From the NCBI GenBank assembly GCA_050084985.1, contig JBITNC010000001.1, positions 138,818,001-138,882,000 of the forward strand: a stretch of 64,000 nt of DNA, given 5' to 3'. Below, piece by piece: positions 25,862 through 38,997 of the stretch (the first letter of the stretch is position 1; each line of letters opens with the position of its first letter). A model generated the notes under the pieces. That model worked only from the letters and a program-made list of their open reading frames with translations. It made no database searches and was not told where the DNA came from. This stretch comes from Nageia nagi (taxonomy: Eukaryota; Plantae; Pinophyta). The translations under genes and the position numbers were made by a program.

Positions 25862-27875
25862 TGATGAGGAATAATCCTCATAATACTAAAAATATAATCA
25901 AATATCTTATTAAAGATATATACACATTATCCACCAATAATTAATGGCATGTATTATATTATTACCATTTGTAATAAATGTAATGCCAAGTTGCCTATTT
26001 TTATAGGGATTGTAGTTAAGTTTTTTAGTTTGTAATTAATGTCATAACTTGGTCATATTTAGTGGAATTTTGGTTCCGTAAAAGGTAGTAGTTTTTTATT
26101 TTTATTCTACATTGATTGAGCAATCTCACCTCTTTTGTTGGGAGATTTATTTTGTATAGTTATGATACCTTTGCACTATGCCCACCACCATACTCACTAA
26201 GCATGTTACCGATCTGACTTGTCTTATTGATGTTTTGGTGAAAATAATCAATGGGAAATTCAATCCATGCAAAGATAAATGTGAAGTTCCCATATACAAT
26301 AAAGATCATTATGTTGATTTCCTCAATTCTTGGATTGTGGACATGGAGACCTAGTTTGCTTTCATTAAAATGGAGGAAGAAGATCAAGTTCCTTTTGCTC
26401 TTCTCAAACTTTTTACCATCGCTAAGATGGTCATGTTGGAGTATGATTTGAAAACTTGGGATGCACTTATAAAGTTACTTGGGAACATTTTCTATCCTTT
26501 AAATTATAAAATGGATATATAAGCTCATTGGATTCATCTCCATCAATTGCATCAATAATCACTATATGACTTCATTTCTCACTACAACCGCATATGAATT
26601 TTGCTATAGTATCAAGATTCCATAGAGGATTTGATTCTATAGTTTAAATGTGTTTTGCATACACCTCTCTATTGTAAGGTGAAATTTCAAGAAGGTAAAA
26701 TACTTGATGTTGCTTTTAGTCAAGCTATGCTTACTAAGTAGGAAATCAATATTTCTAAACCTCCTTTGAAGAAAGATTCTTCTACTTCTTCATTCCAACC
26801 TAATAATTATTTACAACATCATTTTAAGAATGGCTCTCATTCTTCTTCTTCTTCACAAGTACTTTATTATGCATAGAGTAAAGGTCCAAATCATGACAAA
26901 GATCATTTTATTAAGAAGAAGTCAAACTTTCTTATTGTAACAATTGATGAAGGAGCACAACATGCCTTCATTGAGTCCATTGGTGAAGATACAACTTATG
27001 AAGAATTTTGTGGTCATATCAATAATATCACATTGATGCAATGTACTATCTTACCTGAAACTCATGATATTTTATTTGTCACTAGAGCACATATTACACC
27101 TAAATTTCATGTTGATTGTATTATTGATAATGGCTTATAGAAGAATTTCATTGTCAGATCCCTAGTTGACAAGCAAAATTTGCCTCTTAAACCATATCTT
27201 CATTCATGTTCACTTGGATGGAAGGATATTAGTTACTCCTTAAATATCATACACACCTCCACCATGTCTTTTGCTTTGGGTCTTCATTTTATGGATGATG
27301 GATTATTATGAACTTTTGTTGGGTAAACCATATTGGTATGATAGGAAAGCCTTATATGATGCATTTAATAATACATGTCAACTATAAAAATATAACAAAA
27401 AGTATCTAATTCACAACACTCAATCTACTTAGCACATAAATAATTTAGTACTTAGTTTTCACCATGACTACAAATTTGGCCATAATGCCCCATCATCAAT
27501 CACCCCCATCTCACATGCCAAAGTTTAAATTCAATAGCTTCTTCCTAACTATAAAGAAGTGTTTTGATCACCTTCATCACTTTATCTAATACCAATGATG
27601 TAGAATCAAGAATTGAATGAATTGCATTAACAAGAGAAGCCTTTAAATAGGCCAAGTACAATTCAAATACCATGGGTGACAACACATGGTATGAATAAAA
27701 CCATGGGAGAAGGAACATGGTATGACTAAAACCATGGGAGAAGGCACATGGTATTACATTTATTACAAATGGTAATAATGTGGTTCATGCCCTTAATTAT
27801 TGGTGGATAATGTGTAGATACCCTTAATAAGGTATTTTATTATATTTTTAGTATTACGAGGATTAGTAATCATAA
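25862..27875 (+). mobile_element. CRM-like gag-protease element bounded by two inverted (head-to-head) LTRs
   Basis: TSD ATGTT (25857-25861, 27876-27880); 25862-25985 is the reverse complement of ~27751-27875; gag (KTWDALIKLL..FYP..W), protease (CIIDNG..LGW..LLGKPYWYDR) and YKEVF*SP on +; minus-strand LTR 27875-27596 ends CATCA and is followed by PBS TGGTATTAGAT. Confidence 0.8.
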
Positions 27876-28491
27876 ATGTTTGACATTCAAAATGTTATAC
27901 CATCTATCCAAGTTCACTTATCCATGTGTATACATTTATACATCTATACATATGTGTTTATACCATTCATACCATTTTACATACATACATACATTATCTC
28001 ATATATATAAATAGCCAAGAAAAATAGAAAATAATGATATCTAATTCTATATTATTATAAATAAATGTTTTTCTAATCTACATCAAATTAAATTATCATA
28101 TCATATAAGAACTATTCATCCATCAAAATATCATATATTACCATGCAACAAAAGATAAATAAATATTAATAATCTATCATCTTGATATACAATATTAAAA
28201 TTAAATATAAACTTTAAGATTAGTATCCATAAAATAACACAGGATAATATTAAATAACAAAACATGATCATAAACATTAGTACCCAAAATATCATCACAT
28301 ATATATACAAAAAAATCATATAATATCCATTATCCATCCATCAATAAACATTCCATCCAATAAAACTCTCCATTATGATCACCATGATCTAAAAAATGAA
28401 TATAATATAATCATTCATCAATGAATATAAGTCCAAAAACCACCAATATCATATGCTAATAACAAAATAACATGATAAAAAGTAATAACAT

Positions 28492-30864
28492 TTAATCCAT
28501 TGGGGCATCCTCATACTCATTGACCTCACCACCACCCTAACCATCATCCTCACAAAGCTCCTGACCTCTTTGAGTTGGTACTAAGGGATTACATATGCTC
28601 CTCTCTCACCCTTGTATTCATAGCTCAATTGATACTAGATAATGATTCCAAGAAGTAGAAGTCACTCTCTTGCTACAAGAAGTTGTGACTCTAACTTGGC
28701 CTCTCTGCACACTAGAGGTACCTTATGCCGTAGTAGCTAAAGCTGTAGGAAGCATATGGACATCTAAGGGGACATAGCTTGGAGGAGGAATAGGATAGTA
28801 CACACCAGGCACATACATAGGAATACCTACCAACCAATTTTTAGTGACCCTATAGTAGTAATATTATTTTCTACAAATATTTTGGGTGAAGGATGAAGAC
28901 TACCTATTTGCACTTATTGATGTGCCTACTATCCTAGCCTATTGCTATAATGTATGAACCATGGTCCAAGATATGTCCCTCTCATGTATATAAAGATCAT
29001 GATTAGCCTTGTACCTAAATCTATCTTGATGAGATTGATCATGTAAATACAAAGACTATACAAGTAAAAATTTAAGCTCTAAAATCTAATTAAGTAATGC
29101 ATCAATACCAAATGAGGGGTAGGTATGTCCTCCTCTAGGACTCCCTCACCTACCTCTTCTATTAGAACCCCCTCCACATGAGGAAATTCCTCCTCATCCT
29201 AAGCCTATATCTTAAGAATGTCCCTCATAAGACTCATTTCAACATCCTATCCCTTAGCTACACTAGGTCCTACCCTAGGATCCTCCACTTTCTAATGAAC
29301 TCATCGACCATGATCATCTTGATCACTCTCCTCCTAGTTAGCCTACCACCATGCAATAAAAACCTCAATCATACCCACATCATCATCATCACCCTTCTCA
29401 TTAATACCCTCCTCTTGGGTAGGTTTGAGCTTTGCATAAATCAAGTTCTAAAGACCATCAAGGGGAAGAGTCTCCTCTCATAGGTATCTCATAGGCATTG
29501 GAGGGTTATCTTGCATAAATGCAAATTGGTATATAATAGGATCAAAATGAATGTAATAAAAAAAGTTTGTTCATCAATCACTAAGAACCCTCATCTATTT
29601 GATGCCCATAAGTTGGGTCTCAAGCTCATCCCATAATGGATACAAATGATAAGGCCTAAGCCAAATATGATCTAGCACTAGCTGAGTAAGCATGATGCAA
29701 TAAACCTCACATCTCAATGAATACCATCAATTGTATGGATATAAAAATCCTCTTATGACATCATAATTCTAGTAGGGTACTTAGTGTGGATGTAAAGCCA
29801 GAAATAGGAAGCCTAGGAGGACATTCCACTAAAATGTGCTCATAATCCCATTCTTGAAGAGTGATGGTTATTGATAGTGAGGATCATTTACCTTGAGAAT
29901 AGAAAAATAACTCTCTATAACACTACACCAACAAGGTAGGTCCCCAAGCATAACTCTATATTATCTGCAATCATAAGAAGCAACAATCATGGAAACCTAC
30001 CACTGCTAGTGTTAGGTAAGGTGTAGCACAAAATCATACCCATAAAAAAGGAGAATCTAATACTCCCTTATTTTTCCTCTCACCAATACTGATAATACGT
30101 AAATTCCTTTGAGCTAATCTCAAATACAATCATATTTGCTCTATCAACCCAATATAAATACGAAATAGTTGGTTGAGCATTATCCCTATTTGCAGTATGT
30201 TGTATCCTTCAACAATGAATAAGTAAGTGGTATAGGAGGTAGATGTCCTCCAATGTAATCATCATCTACCCCATCGAGAGATGAAAGGTAGAGGTACTAA
30301 AGTCCCACCTCTCAAGTAAAGCTTCCAAAAAAGGGTACTTCCAATAGATATGATCCATGTAGGGTGCATCATCAAAACCCACACTTTGAAAGAAAGTGTG
30401 GTCAGTAGTAGTGAGAAATGGATGGCCTTCTTGTAGGATAATATGATAGCACCCTCTAGGCTTAAAGATATCTTGAACCTAGAAAATAGTGTAGCTAAGC
30501 TAAGTACTTAAAAAAATTGCTCTAGGGCCAAAATGTTGGCGATTGGGTAACCAAGTTGCAAGGTTACCACTGTTCGCTACTTGAATGCCAAGGATTCTAT
30601 TACCCTTTGACTCTAACCAATGATCATATCCAAGGGTTTTAAAAAGTTACAAAAATACTAAAATCTAAGCTAAATTCAAAATTTTAATGGTTAAAAAATG
30701 TCTAAACATAAAAATAACAATTCATAAGATTTTTATTTTTCAATTTAGGTCCAAAAATTAGCATATTAAGTAAAAATAAAAAATAGGATTTTCAAAACCA
30801 TACCTCCTCTATAATTGGTCTCATTTGGACTATTAGTCTCTTCCTTAGTAGCATGCTAGCCCAT
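28492..30864 (-). pseudogene. Antisense plant mobile domain (PMD, aminotransferase-like) ORF of the Tat element, probably spliced
   Basis: LEALLERWDFSTSTFHLSMG*MMITLEDI (30328-30240), SYAWGPTLL..YREL (~29955), LQEWDYEHI (~29860); stop at 28492; candidate GT-AG intron 30803-30479 with a short upstream exon. Confidence 0.85.
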
Positions 30865-32632
30865 GGAATGTGACAGGATGGCTAAAAAAGTGGTCAGCTA
30901 TGAATAAAGGGATAACAAAACTGATAAGAGCTCTGAGAAATACAAAAAGAAAAATAAGAAAATAATACATCATTTTGTCTTTTTATTTTAATCATAAATT
31001 AAAATACCAATGTTTTTAAGTCAGATGTCAATGATTTACATGGGATGTTGATGAATAGAACTAGTCATAGATAACCCATAACATTATAAAAATACTTAAA
31101 AACAAAAAAATTCAAAAAAGGGGGAATGATGAATAAAACACTTAAGCCCTCCTTTGGGTTTGTAATTAAGATAAAAATAACAAAACACATTGAAAAATGA
31201 ATAAGACCCATACTTGGTAAAATAATCTAAGTCATATGTTTAGAAGAAATCAAATTTCATGAATAGTCCAAATTTTAAAAAATTGAACATGATTAACAAA
31301 TGTGATATGACCTATTATGTAAAATCATCATGTATCCTAGCTGATAGGATGGAAGCCAACAATATCAAACTAATTGTATATTCAAAACCTATAATCTATA
31401 TCGTACTAGCTCTGACATACAAAGATGAGCCAAGAATCATTAGGTAATTGCCACAAATATTAAACATAGTATTGATATAGACATGAGAATAGTTTCAGTC
31501 TACATGTATATTCAAAATATGTAATTTATATCATGCTAGCTTTGGCATACATTTGATGATATAGAGACTCATCATGTACCTAACACAAATAGGACATAGT
31601 ATCAAGATAAATATGTGCATTATTTTAGTATACACTACAATGGTTTACAAAATATTATTAAGTGGAAAAGTGGCTAGAACATGAGTTGATCATGATTTGA
31701 CCAATCAAATCTGACTTATTCACAAATACTAGGTCAACTTTAAATATCGAATAAGCATTAACAAAAATCATGGGACATAAATAAAAAATCAACCTTAAAA
31801 AAATCAATCAAAATCACAAAATGATAACAACCAACAAAAATAAAACATATATAAATGCTTAATCCCTCCCTCTAGTTTAGATTTAGCTGAGTTCTATAAC
31901 AAAAAATATTTAAACCTTTATTCTAGCATAAAAATCTACATGAAAAATATGTACCCTGGGTCCCCTGTGAGGTAATATCAAGAAAACTATCATTAATGCC
32001 TCACATCCCTATATATATATATATCTAGAAAATCCTAAAAACTAAAAAATATGTCAAAGACAAAAGGAACAAGTTTCTTATTCATTGATTTGACTAAGGT
32101 TAAATGCTTCAGAAACACTAAAACCTATGAGTAATTTCAAATTCAAAAAATGACCTTTTTTTTAATAGATAAGAGAAGGATGGGATTGGATATGAATAAA
32201 AATATTGTATGAACTTTTATATAAGATCATCATATAACCTAACTGCTGGGATGAGAAGAAGAATGGTCAAAACAATTGTATTCATAGGGCAACTTCTTTA
32301 TCACATGCTAGCTTTGGCATACATTTAATGACATAGAGACTTGTCACATACCTCTCACAAACAATACACAGTATAGTGGTACCAACAAGTTTTGCTTTAA
32401 TAAGATAACCATGCTACTTTCAAAATGTGTCAAATGCAAAAGACTTAAAGATGAATTTAATCATAATTCAATTAATAAAATTTCAGTTATTCATAGGGAA
32501 TAGGTTAATCCAAAATAGTTGACTAAAATTAGAAACATAAGTTGAGAAACTTGAATACATCCACATTCAAAAAGGTAAGTTTTTGAATTATCCCCCACTT
32601 ACAATTAGTGAAAAATTCAAAAAGGTGCCAAA

Positions 32633-33483
32633 TGTAAACACTAAAAAATAACCCTTCTTTAATAAATGAAAGAAAGATGAAAATAATAAAGTAAATATTA
32701 AAAGTTTACTATAGTTTACCAAATGCTAGCATCCAATTCCAGTTATCGATAACTTAGTCCAAACATCGATGTATGATACCTATGATACCTAGACGCCAAT
32801 GACTTTATGATTAGGAAAAGAAAAATAAAATTGGTAATTCCTAAAGCATCCTAGGAAGAAAGCAAAGGATAATGGATGTCTCATCACCCATACCATGCAT
32901 CCCTACTTTGTATCATAGCCATGAAAAAATTGGATAGGCTTTTTATCTATATTTTTGTCTCAAAATTAGAAACTTTGTTTATTTTTGAAATCTATAAGTA
33001 AAATATTCTACCATGAAGCAAATGGACCCAATTTGAATGCAATGTTACTTTGTTGAAATATATTTAGGTTTTACTGAGTTATATGCATTTTTATTCTACA
33101 TTTTATATGCCTATTTATGCTCATTTTATGTTGATTTCATGATATGAATAGGTATATTTGATATCTTTTCTCTTTGCATGTGTGTAGGTTCCATAGGTGT
33201 GGAATAGTTGAACTGATCAAATAAAGTATTAAGGAGCTGAAAGGAATAAATATATCCATATTCTTTTGCAAGTTTTAAAAGATAATTTTCAAAGCTTCCA
33301 GACATTGAAAACAAGCCTACAAAGGCCTATATATTCTTTTGTAGAAAGCCCTTTTGCAAAGCAAGGAATGGAAATAGATTCATCATTTGTATCATTTGAG
33401 GTTTACTCAAGAGCAATAAAGAAAAATGTTGGTTCTAACATGTTTCTCTTGTTCACTAACAAGGTTACTTTTTGAGTATGACA
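32633..33483 (+). repeat. 3' LTR of Tat/Ogre element
   Basis: TG...CA, followed by TSD GGAAG. Confidence 0.9.
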
Positions 33484-33879
33484 GGAAGAATAAATTTTCA
33501 TGGAGTATTTTTATTTTTTGGTTGCAACTCACTTAGATGAAGTGAAAGATAATTCAGTCGAAATGATATATTATGATCAATCAAATTTGAGAGCTCACTC
33601 ATTTGGAGTGAAATATTATCTTGTTGGAAAGGTAATAAATGAAGTTTTGGATGAAGGGTTAACCACTCATCAAAAGGAGGCATTTAGTTATTTGCAAGAA
33701 GGAACAACATTAGAGATGAAGGAGAACCCACATAAAAGGGGAATGAGTGCCCAAATGAAATTTTTGTGTTCTTTACTGCTTTGATGAAGAATCAAAGGAA
33801 ATGAAAATGAATAGATTTCTTCCAAGTTTGTAATAATTATATATTTCTAGAATAGTCCCTTTAACATCAAGGGGGAGAA

Positions 33880-34541
33880 TGTTGGAACTTGAGCTTAATC
33901 AAAGACCAATCCAGTTAAAGATTAAACTAGAGTAAGATCAACAAGACTTCTAAAATAGATTATGCAACTTTAAGAAGGTATAACATTTTTTAGAGACATC
34001 CAATTCAATTGATTCTTTTTGCATTGGATGGTCCTCGATGATATCTTTTTAATGACTATACTCTTTCCTACCTTTGTTGAAGGTTTTAGAATAATATTAG
34101 AAGATTTTTGATAAGTGTACTATGTTTTAGTCCAAACATGCCATGTTATAATCTAAATGTGGTCGTGTTTCATTCTACCATAAACACCATTGCATTTCAT
34201 CCTAAACATAATGCACTTCCATCACAAATGTATTCATTTACAAATAGATCCTGCAACTCTATTTTTAGCATGTGCGAGATATCATTTTTTGGCTTTCATT
34301 TTAAGTAAAGGTAAAGCTAAATTATATAAGATGTTTTTATTTTGAGTGTTTCTTTCGCATAGTTGTTATCTTCTATATGTAGATATTACTAGAACTTTTA
34401 GTTTACTTTATGAATTGAATTGTAACAAATTGTGAACATCCAACTTGAATTATATTTAAAATAATCTATGTTTGAGTTTATCCAAAACTTATATATAAAA
34501 TGATTTCTTTTTCAAAGCAATGAAAGTAGAAATACTTCTCA
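33880..34541 (+). repeat. 3' LTR of Copia derivative
   Basis: Follows the PPT; TGTTGG...TCTCA. Confidence 0.75.
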
Positions 34542-34812
34542 AAAAGTATTTTTATTTTTATTTTTAAAAATTGATATTATCCTAAATTAAAAAAGATATT
34601 TTGTATACTTTCCTTAAATTGAACGACATTTATATTTATTTTCTTCTTGAAACGTACAAACTCTTTTTGCTACTCCGCAAACGCTAGATTTACTTATCGC
34701 CTACGTTGATTGACTGGGCTCGCTGACTACCTCGTAACAATAACAGACTATCCCACATAACGGACTATCCCGCTGACTATCTCACAACAATAATATTATG
34801 TGGGATAGTCCT

Positions 34813-35686
34813 TTATATTTGGGACCGGTTAAAATATGTACTCGCATCGAATGCATCATGGCAATTGGGTTTGAGAATATGTCAAATAGATACCTGCAGC
34901 CAAAATATGGTATGTTCGGCAGTGAAAAAGACATTAAATTCTTCTTCTCCGTATTTATACGAGGCGACATGCATAGTTTAGCACAATATCATCCAATTCA
35001 ACTTTTCATGTGTAGATTATATAATACGCAATAGATATCCACATCATCGTAAAAAAAATAAAATAAAACTAACTTAGAAAATTTAATTTTAATCTACAAA
35101 TTTAATAAGAACAATTTTTTATGTGATAATAAACTAAGTACGTTGATGACTGAAAATAATAAAAGTTGTATTAAAATTTGAAATTATCATGTATATTAAG
35201 TCCTAAACTTACTAACAAATCCATAATCATAAACTTTGAAATTAAAAGAAAAATTTTAATTTCTAATTTTATGATTATGGATTTGTTAGTAAGTTTAGGA
35301 CTTAATATACATGATTATATTATCTTAGAAGTTAGTACAAATTTCAATTGTGAAATATTTTTACATATCATTTTCATTTATGCCAATACATATTGTACAA
35401 TCATAAACGTTCATTTTGCAATTTGTTTGTGCATAATTGTATGAGTCTCATTCTCTTTTGTTGTTTTTCATTGATGAGTACATTTCTAGGAAAAGTACAA
35501 AATATAATTGATCCTCCATGTAGAGAATTACAATTATTCTAGTAGTATTGACACATGTGGCATTCATTATTTGATGGATGATAGAGATTCTTAGGTTTAA
35601 AGTACTCACTATAAATTGACAATAGGTGGATCTATGGTAGGATAAAGAAAAAGGAGATGGAGAGGATAAACTTGTAGTTGAAATTG

Positions 35687-35751
<65 letters not shown>

Positions 35752-36550
35752 GTGTGTATTTGAATTAAAATGATATGTAATATAATTTAGTTTCTCCTAT
35801 AAATTACTAAAAACTTGTAAACCCTAGAACTTTAAACATAGCTTAAATTTTTCATAAAATATAATTTTTTGTATACTCATTTATGCATATAATATACATA
35901 TAAAATTTTGTAACACTTTTCTCAACACATAATAAATAAGCTTTATTGTTAACAGCTTTATTTTTTTACAATATCAAGTTAAAATATATTCAAGGATGGG
36001 TCGTTTGGATGGATAATAATTCTAAAAAAAAATTTCATAATTATTCTTTCTTGGCAAGAATCCCCTTTGGGATTACCTCCTCCTTGTGCAAAATTTTCAT
36101 CTTTGTTCAAGATCTCCTAGTCAGATGATTAAGATGCATAGTGTGTACTGGCCAAAAGGTTAATTTCTAAGATGATATATGGATGAGAGACCAAATCCTT
36201 TATGATCTTATAAACTTTACATGAATATAAATAATCACAACCACTTTGATTGAAACCTAAGTAATAGTTTTTCATAAAGCAAGTGAAGTATAAAATATTT
36301 AGAATTATTTCCCCTTGCAAGAACTCTCTCCTTAGGAACTACAAGTTTTGAAAAGATTAAAATTCATATTGAAAAATCATCATCACATTTTAATAATGAA
36401 AAAGGAGTAAATTGGAATTGTAGAAAACTCTTTTTTTTTATCAGATATGCATATAGATTTGTAGAACATAAATATAGAGGGTGGTTGTTGATAAATAAAT
36501 TTTGGTTGAAATAGCTAATTCCAAATAGTAACTTTTATTCTAGCTTGTAA
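34813..36550 (+). repeat. Left arm of old inverted duplication
   Basis: Colinear reverse-complement similarity to 63846-63745 plus 57831-56215, e.g. TCGGCAGTGAAAAAGACAT, CATTGATGAGTACATTTCTA, AATAAATTTTGGTT. Confidence 0.9.
35688..35748. repeat. (TA)n microsatellite
   Basis: About 30 TA units; the matching site in the right arm has only a short TA run. Confidence 0.95.
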
Positions 36551-38483
36551 CATTATAGATCAACTGACTATTCAAAATGTCATATCCCATGATTGATCAC
36601 ATTTATTTTACATACCCCTAAGTTGCAATTTCCTTTAACTAAATTAAAATAACTATAATTTTAAGGTAGTAAATAAATTAAAATGACCATTTTTAACTTC
36701 AAGGCTATATGGGAAAATATTTATTTCATTTTATTGGCAATTATAAATTAATATAAAAATCAAATATAATATGATATCTATAAGAATAACTTTTTAGAAA
36801 TTATTTTATAAAGTTTCCAATACTAGGTGGAAATGCTGGTTTGCCAATGTCACAAAATGAAAATTTAAAAAGTGTCAATTATAATACCAAAAGAGATGAT
36901 TCACCACTAATATTTTCCCTATACCATTTTTTTAGAATGTCCTTTATGAAAAATAAGTGTCCATCTAACTTATTTCCTCTTTGGATATTTCTTAGGTCAT
37001 TACGTTATACATTTTACAAATGTAGAAGCCTTAATTGGTTTGTATATATTGAAAAGCCCTAGTTTCTAGTGCTTTGGAAGGTAAGACTTATTTATTTGTT
37101 CTAAAATATTTAGATAAAATGGAATAATAAAATATTCATGAATTCAAAGCAAAAATTGAATTCGATGAGTGGAAGAATGATGGATGCTATTTTTAAAAAT
37201 ATAACTACAATATCCTTCAATCATAAAGGAAAATACACTAAGAGATGACAATTTATTGAAAGTGTAGAATGGTCCATAAGGATATCTCTACAAAGAGAGT
37301 GAAGGTGAATAGAGCTATAGTTCAATCAATCTCCTCAAGGTTGGCTCAAATTATGTTTCTATAGGGTATCCATAGGAAACCTAGAGGCCTTAGGTACAAA
37401 AGGAGATATTTAAAATTATTTCTTCTATTTATCATATTGGAATTTATACTAACTATTTTAAAGAGGCTAAAATACTATTTCATTAATTCATATCACTAAA
37501 TAATTTAAGAAACAAGGAAGGTATAGTAGAAGGATACTCCTTTTAAAATTTGAGCAACTTTAGAGCATCCAAAGAGCCTAGTTGAAACCAAACGATTCTA
37601 GATGAGAAAGTAAAATTTTGCCTCTTACATCTAAAAGAGTATATATTAGATTCTATATTTAGAAAGAGAAGTAAAAGGTATAATAGAATCCCTTTCAAAC
37701 ATATATCTTATTCAAGAAGAGTATTTCATTTGGAAAGAGGATACTCTAGAGGCTATCATACAGTCCTTCAATTCTAATATTAATCATTAACCAAATTACA
37801 AATTTTAAAACCATTGACACCCTAATGTTGAGCAAGGAAAATAAGTATATTTTATAATATAATAATCCAAAGCCACTTGGAAAGAGACTCTATATGAAGA
37901 TAACTTAAACCTTATCAATACCACTAACAACTAGAATTTACATGCCTAAAAGAAACTTCATTCAAAGATTCATCATGGAGAAATACTCTTATGGGAAAAA
38001 GATGTAAGGATTTCTTAAGAATAAAAGTTCAATATTAGTCATACATCCAATTAGATTTAGTGAACCAAATAAATTTTTATGTTTTTATGTTAAAATTGAA
38101 AGTAGAATTCTACTTAGTTTTAGTGTTTCATTAGAGCTGCATCCCTAAGATCATAAAATGATGATCTAGAATGATCAACTCAATCTATAGAATTACTACT
38201 CAAGGGGAAATATTAATAAGGAGATGCATCATTGATAAATTTTAATGCCATTGAATGGTCATTATATGTCATTCCTTCACCATTAAATATCTTTGTTACT
38301 CATATTAGTACACACTAGGCAAACAAGGATAAAATTAGAGTCCTCTTTGTGATGATTATTCTATCTATTTTATGCATATTTGTTTTTCAATTTCATTTGT
38401 AAATTCTTTGGGATTTTATCATTGCAAGCACTTTTTAATTAGAAGTATGTAAAGATCTAGATTTTGTGACACTAGAATATTAC

Positions 38484-38973
38484 TGATGCATGCGTTGCCG
38501 GGGCCGTAACTTTTGATCCGGAGGTCATTTTGCTTTGAAATTTAAACTGTGGCTTCGTGACGAAATTCCAGTTATGGAAGTTCACTAGAATTGCCATACC
38601 CAAAAAATGATATTTTTAAGGCCTGATTCATCCGTCTAAGGCCTGAAAAATAGGCTTTTTTAAGAGCACTCCTGATTTTTAGGCCTTTTTGCATGTTGCG
38701 CCTTTAATAACTCTTGTTTTTCTTCTAGTTAAGGGTGGATATTTTAGATACTGCTTAATTAGTGTAAGAGGGATGCGCATGCAAATTTTGGGCGCAATCC
38801 GACTCATTTTGGTTTTTTTGATTTTTTTTGTGGCTATTTAAAGGGCATTGTATTCTCTTGGAGAGGTGGTGGATTCAGGAATAAGAAGAGTATTTTTTTG
38901 GTCTGGATTTCTTCTGTATGTTCTGTGACTGGATTTCAATTTCTATTTTCCTGTTACAGCTGAATTCACATCA
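38484..38973 (+). repeat. 5' LTR of CRM element
   Basis: 490 bp, TATA-like CTATTTAAAGG. Confidence 0.97.
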
Positions 38974-38997
38974 TTTGGTATCAGAGCCAAGGAAAAG

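Larger units (their letters stand above)
12592..33483 (+). mobile_element. Full-length decayed Tat/Ogre-clade Ty3/gypsy retrotransposon (20.9 kb including nested insert)
   Basis: LTRs 12592-13422 and 32633-33483 (TGTA...TGACA); perfect TSD GGAAG (12587-12591, 33484-33488); PBS-like TGGCACTAGAAAGAGGA at 13426; decayed PPT AAAAGGTGCCAAA; gag-PR-RT-RH-aRH-INT order. Confidence 0.93.
10805..34541 (+). mobile_element. Old non-autonomous Ty1/copia deletion derivative, interrupted by the Tat element
   Basis: Homologous LTRs 10805-11429 and 33880-34541; PBS-like TTGTATCAGAG at 11433; gag start VPKFDGEDYAY* (~11685); RNase H-end-like peptide in ORF 33500-33784; PPT AAGGGGGAGAA 33869-33879. No INT or RT seen; TSD not recoverable. 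Confidence 0.75.

Noticed and set aside
27670-27755. CRISPR-like repeat array
   Set aside because: Head-to-tail ~31-bp tandem repeats without spacers, inside an LTR in eukaryotic DNA.
34782-35034. Similar short ORFs here and at 57674-57871 and 63742-63972 suggesting a small gene family
   Set aside because: The similarity comes from the inverted DNA duplication; frames are broken by indels and the Copia, and no domain is recognisable.
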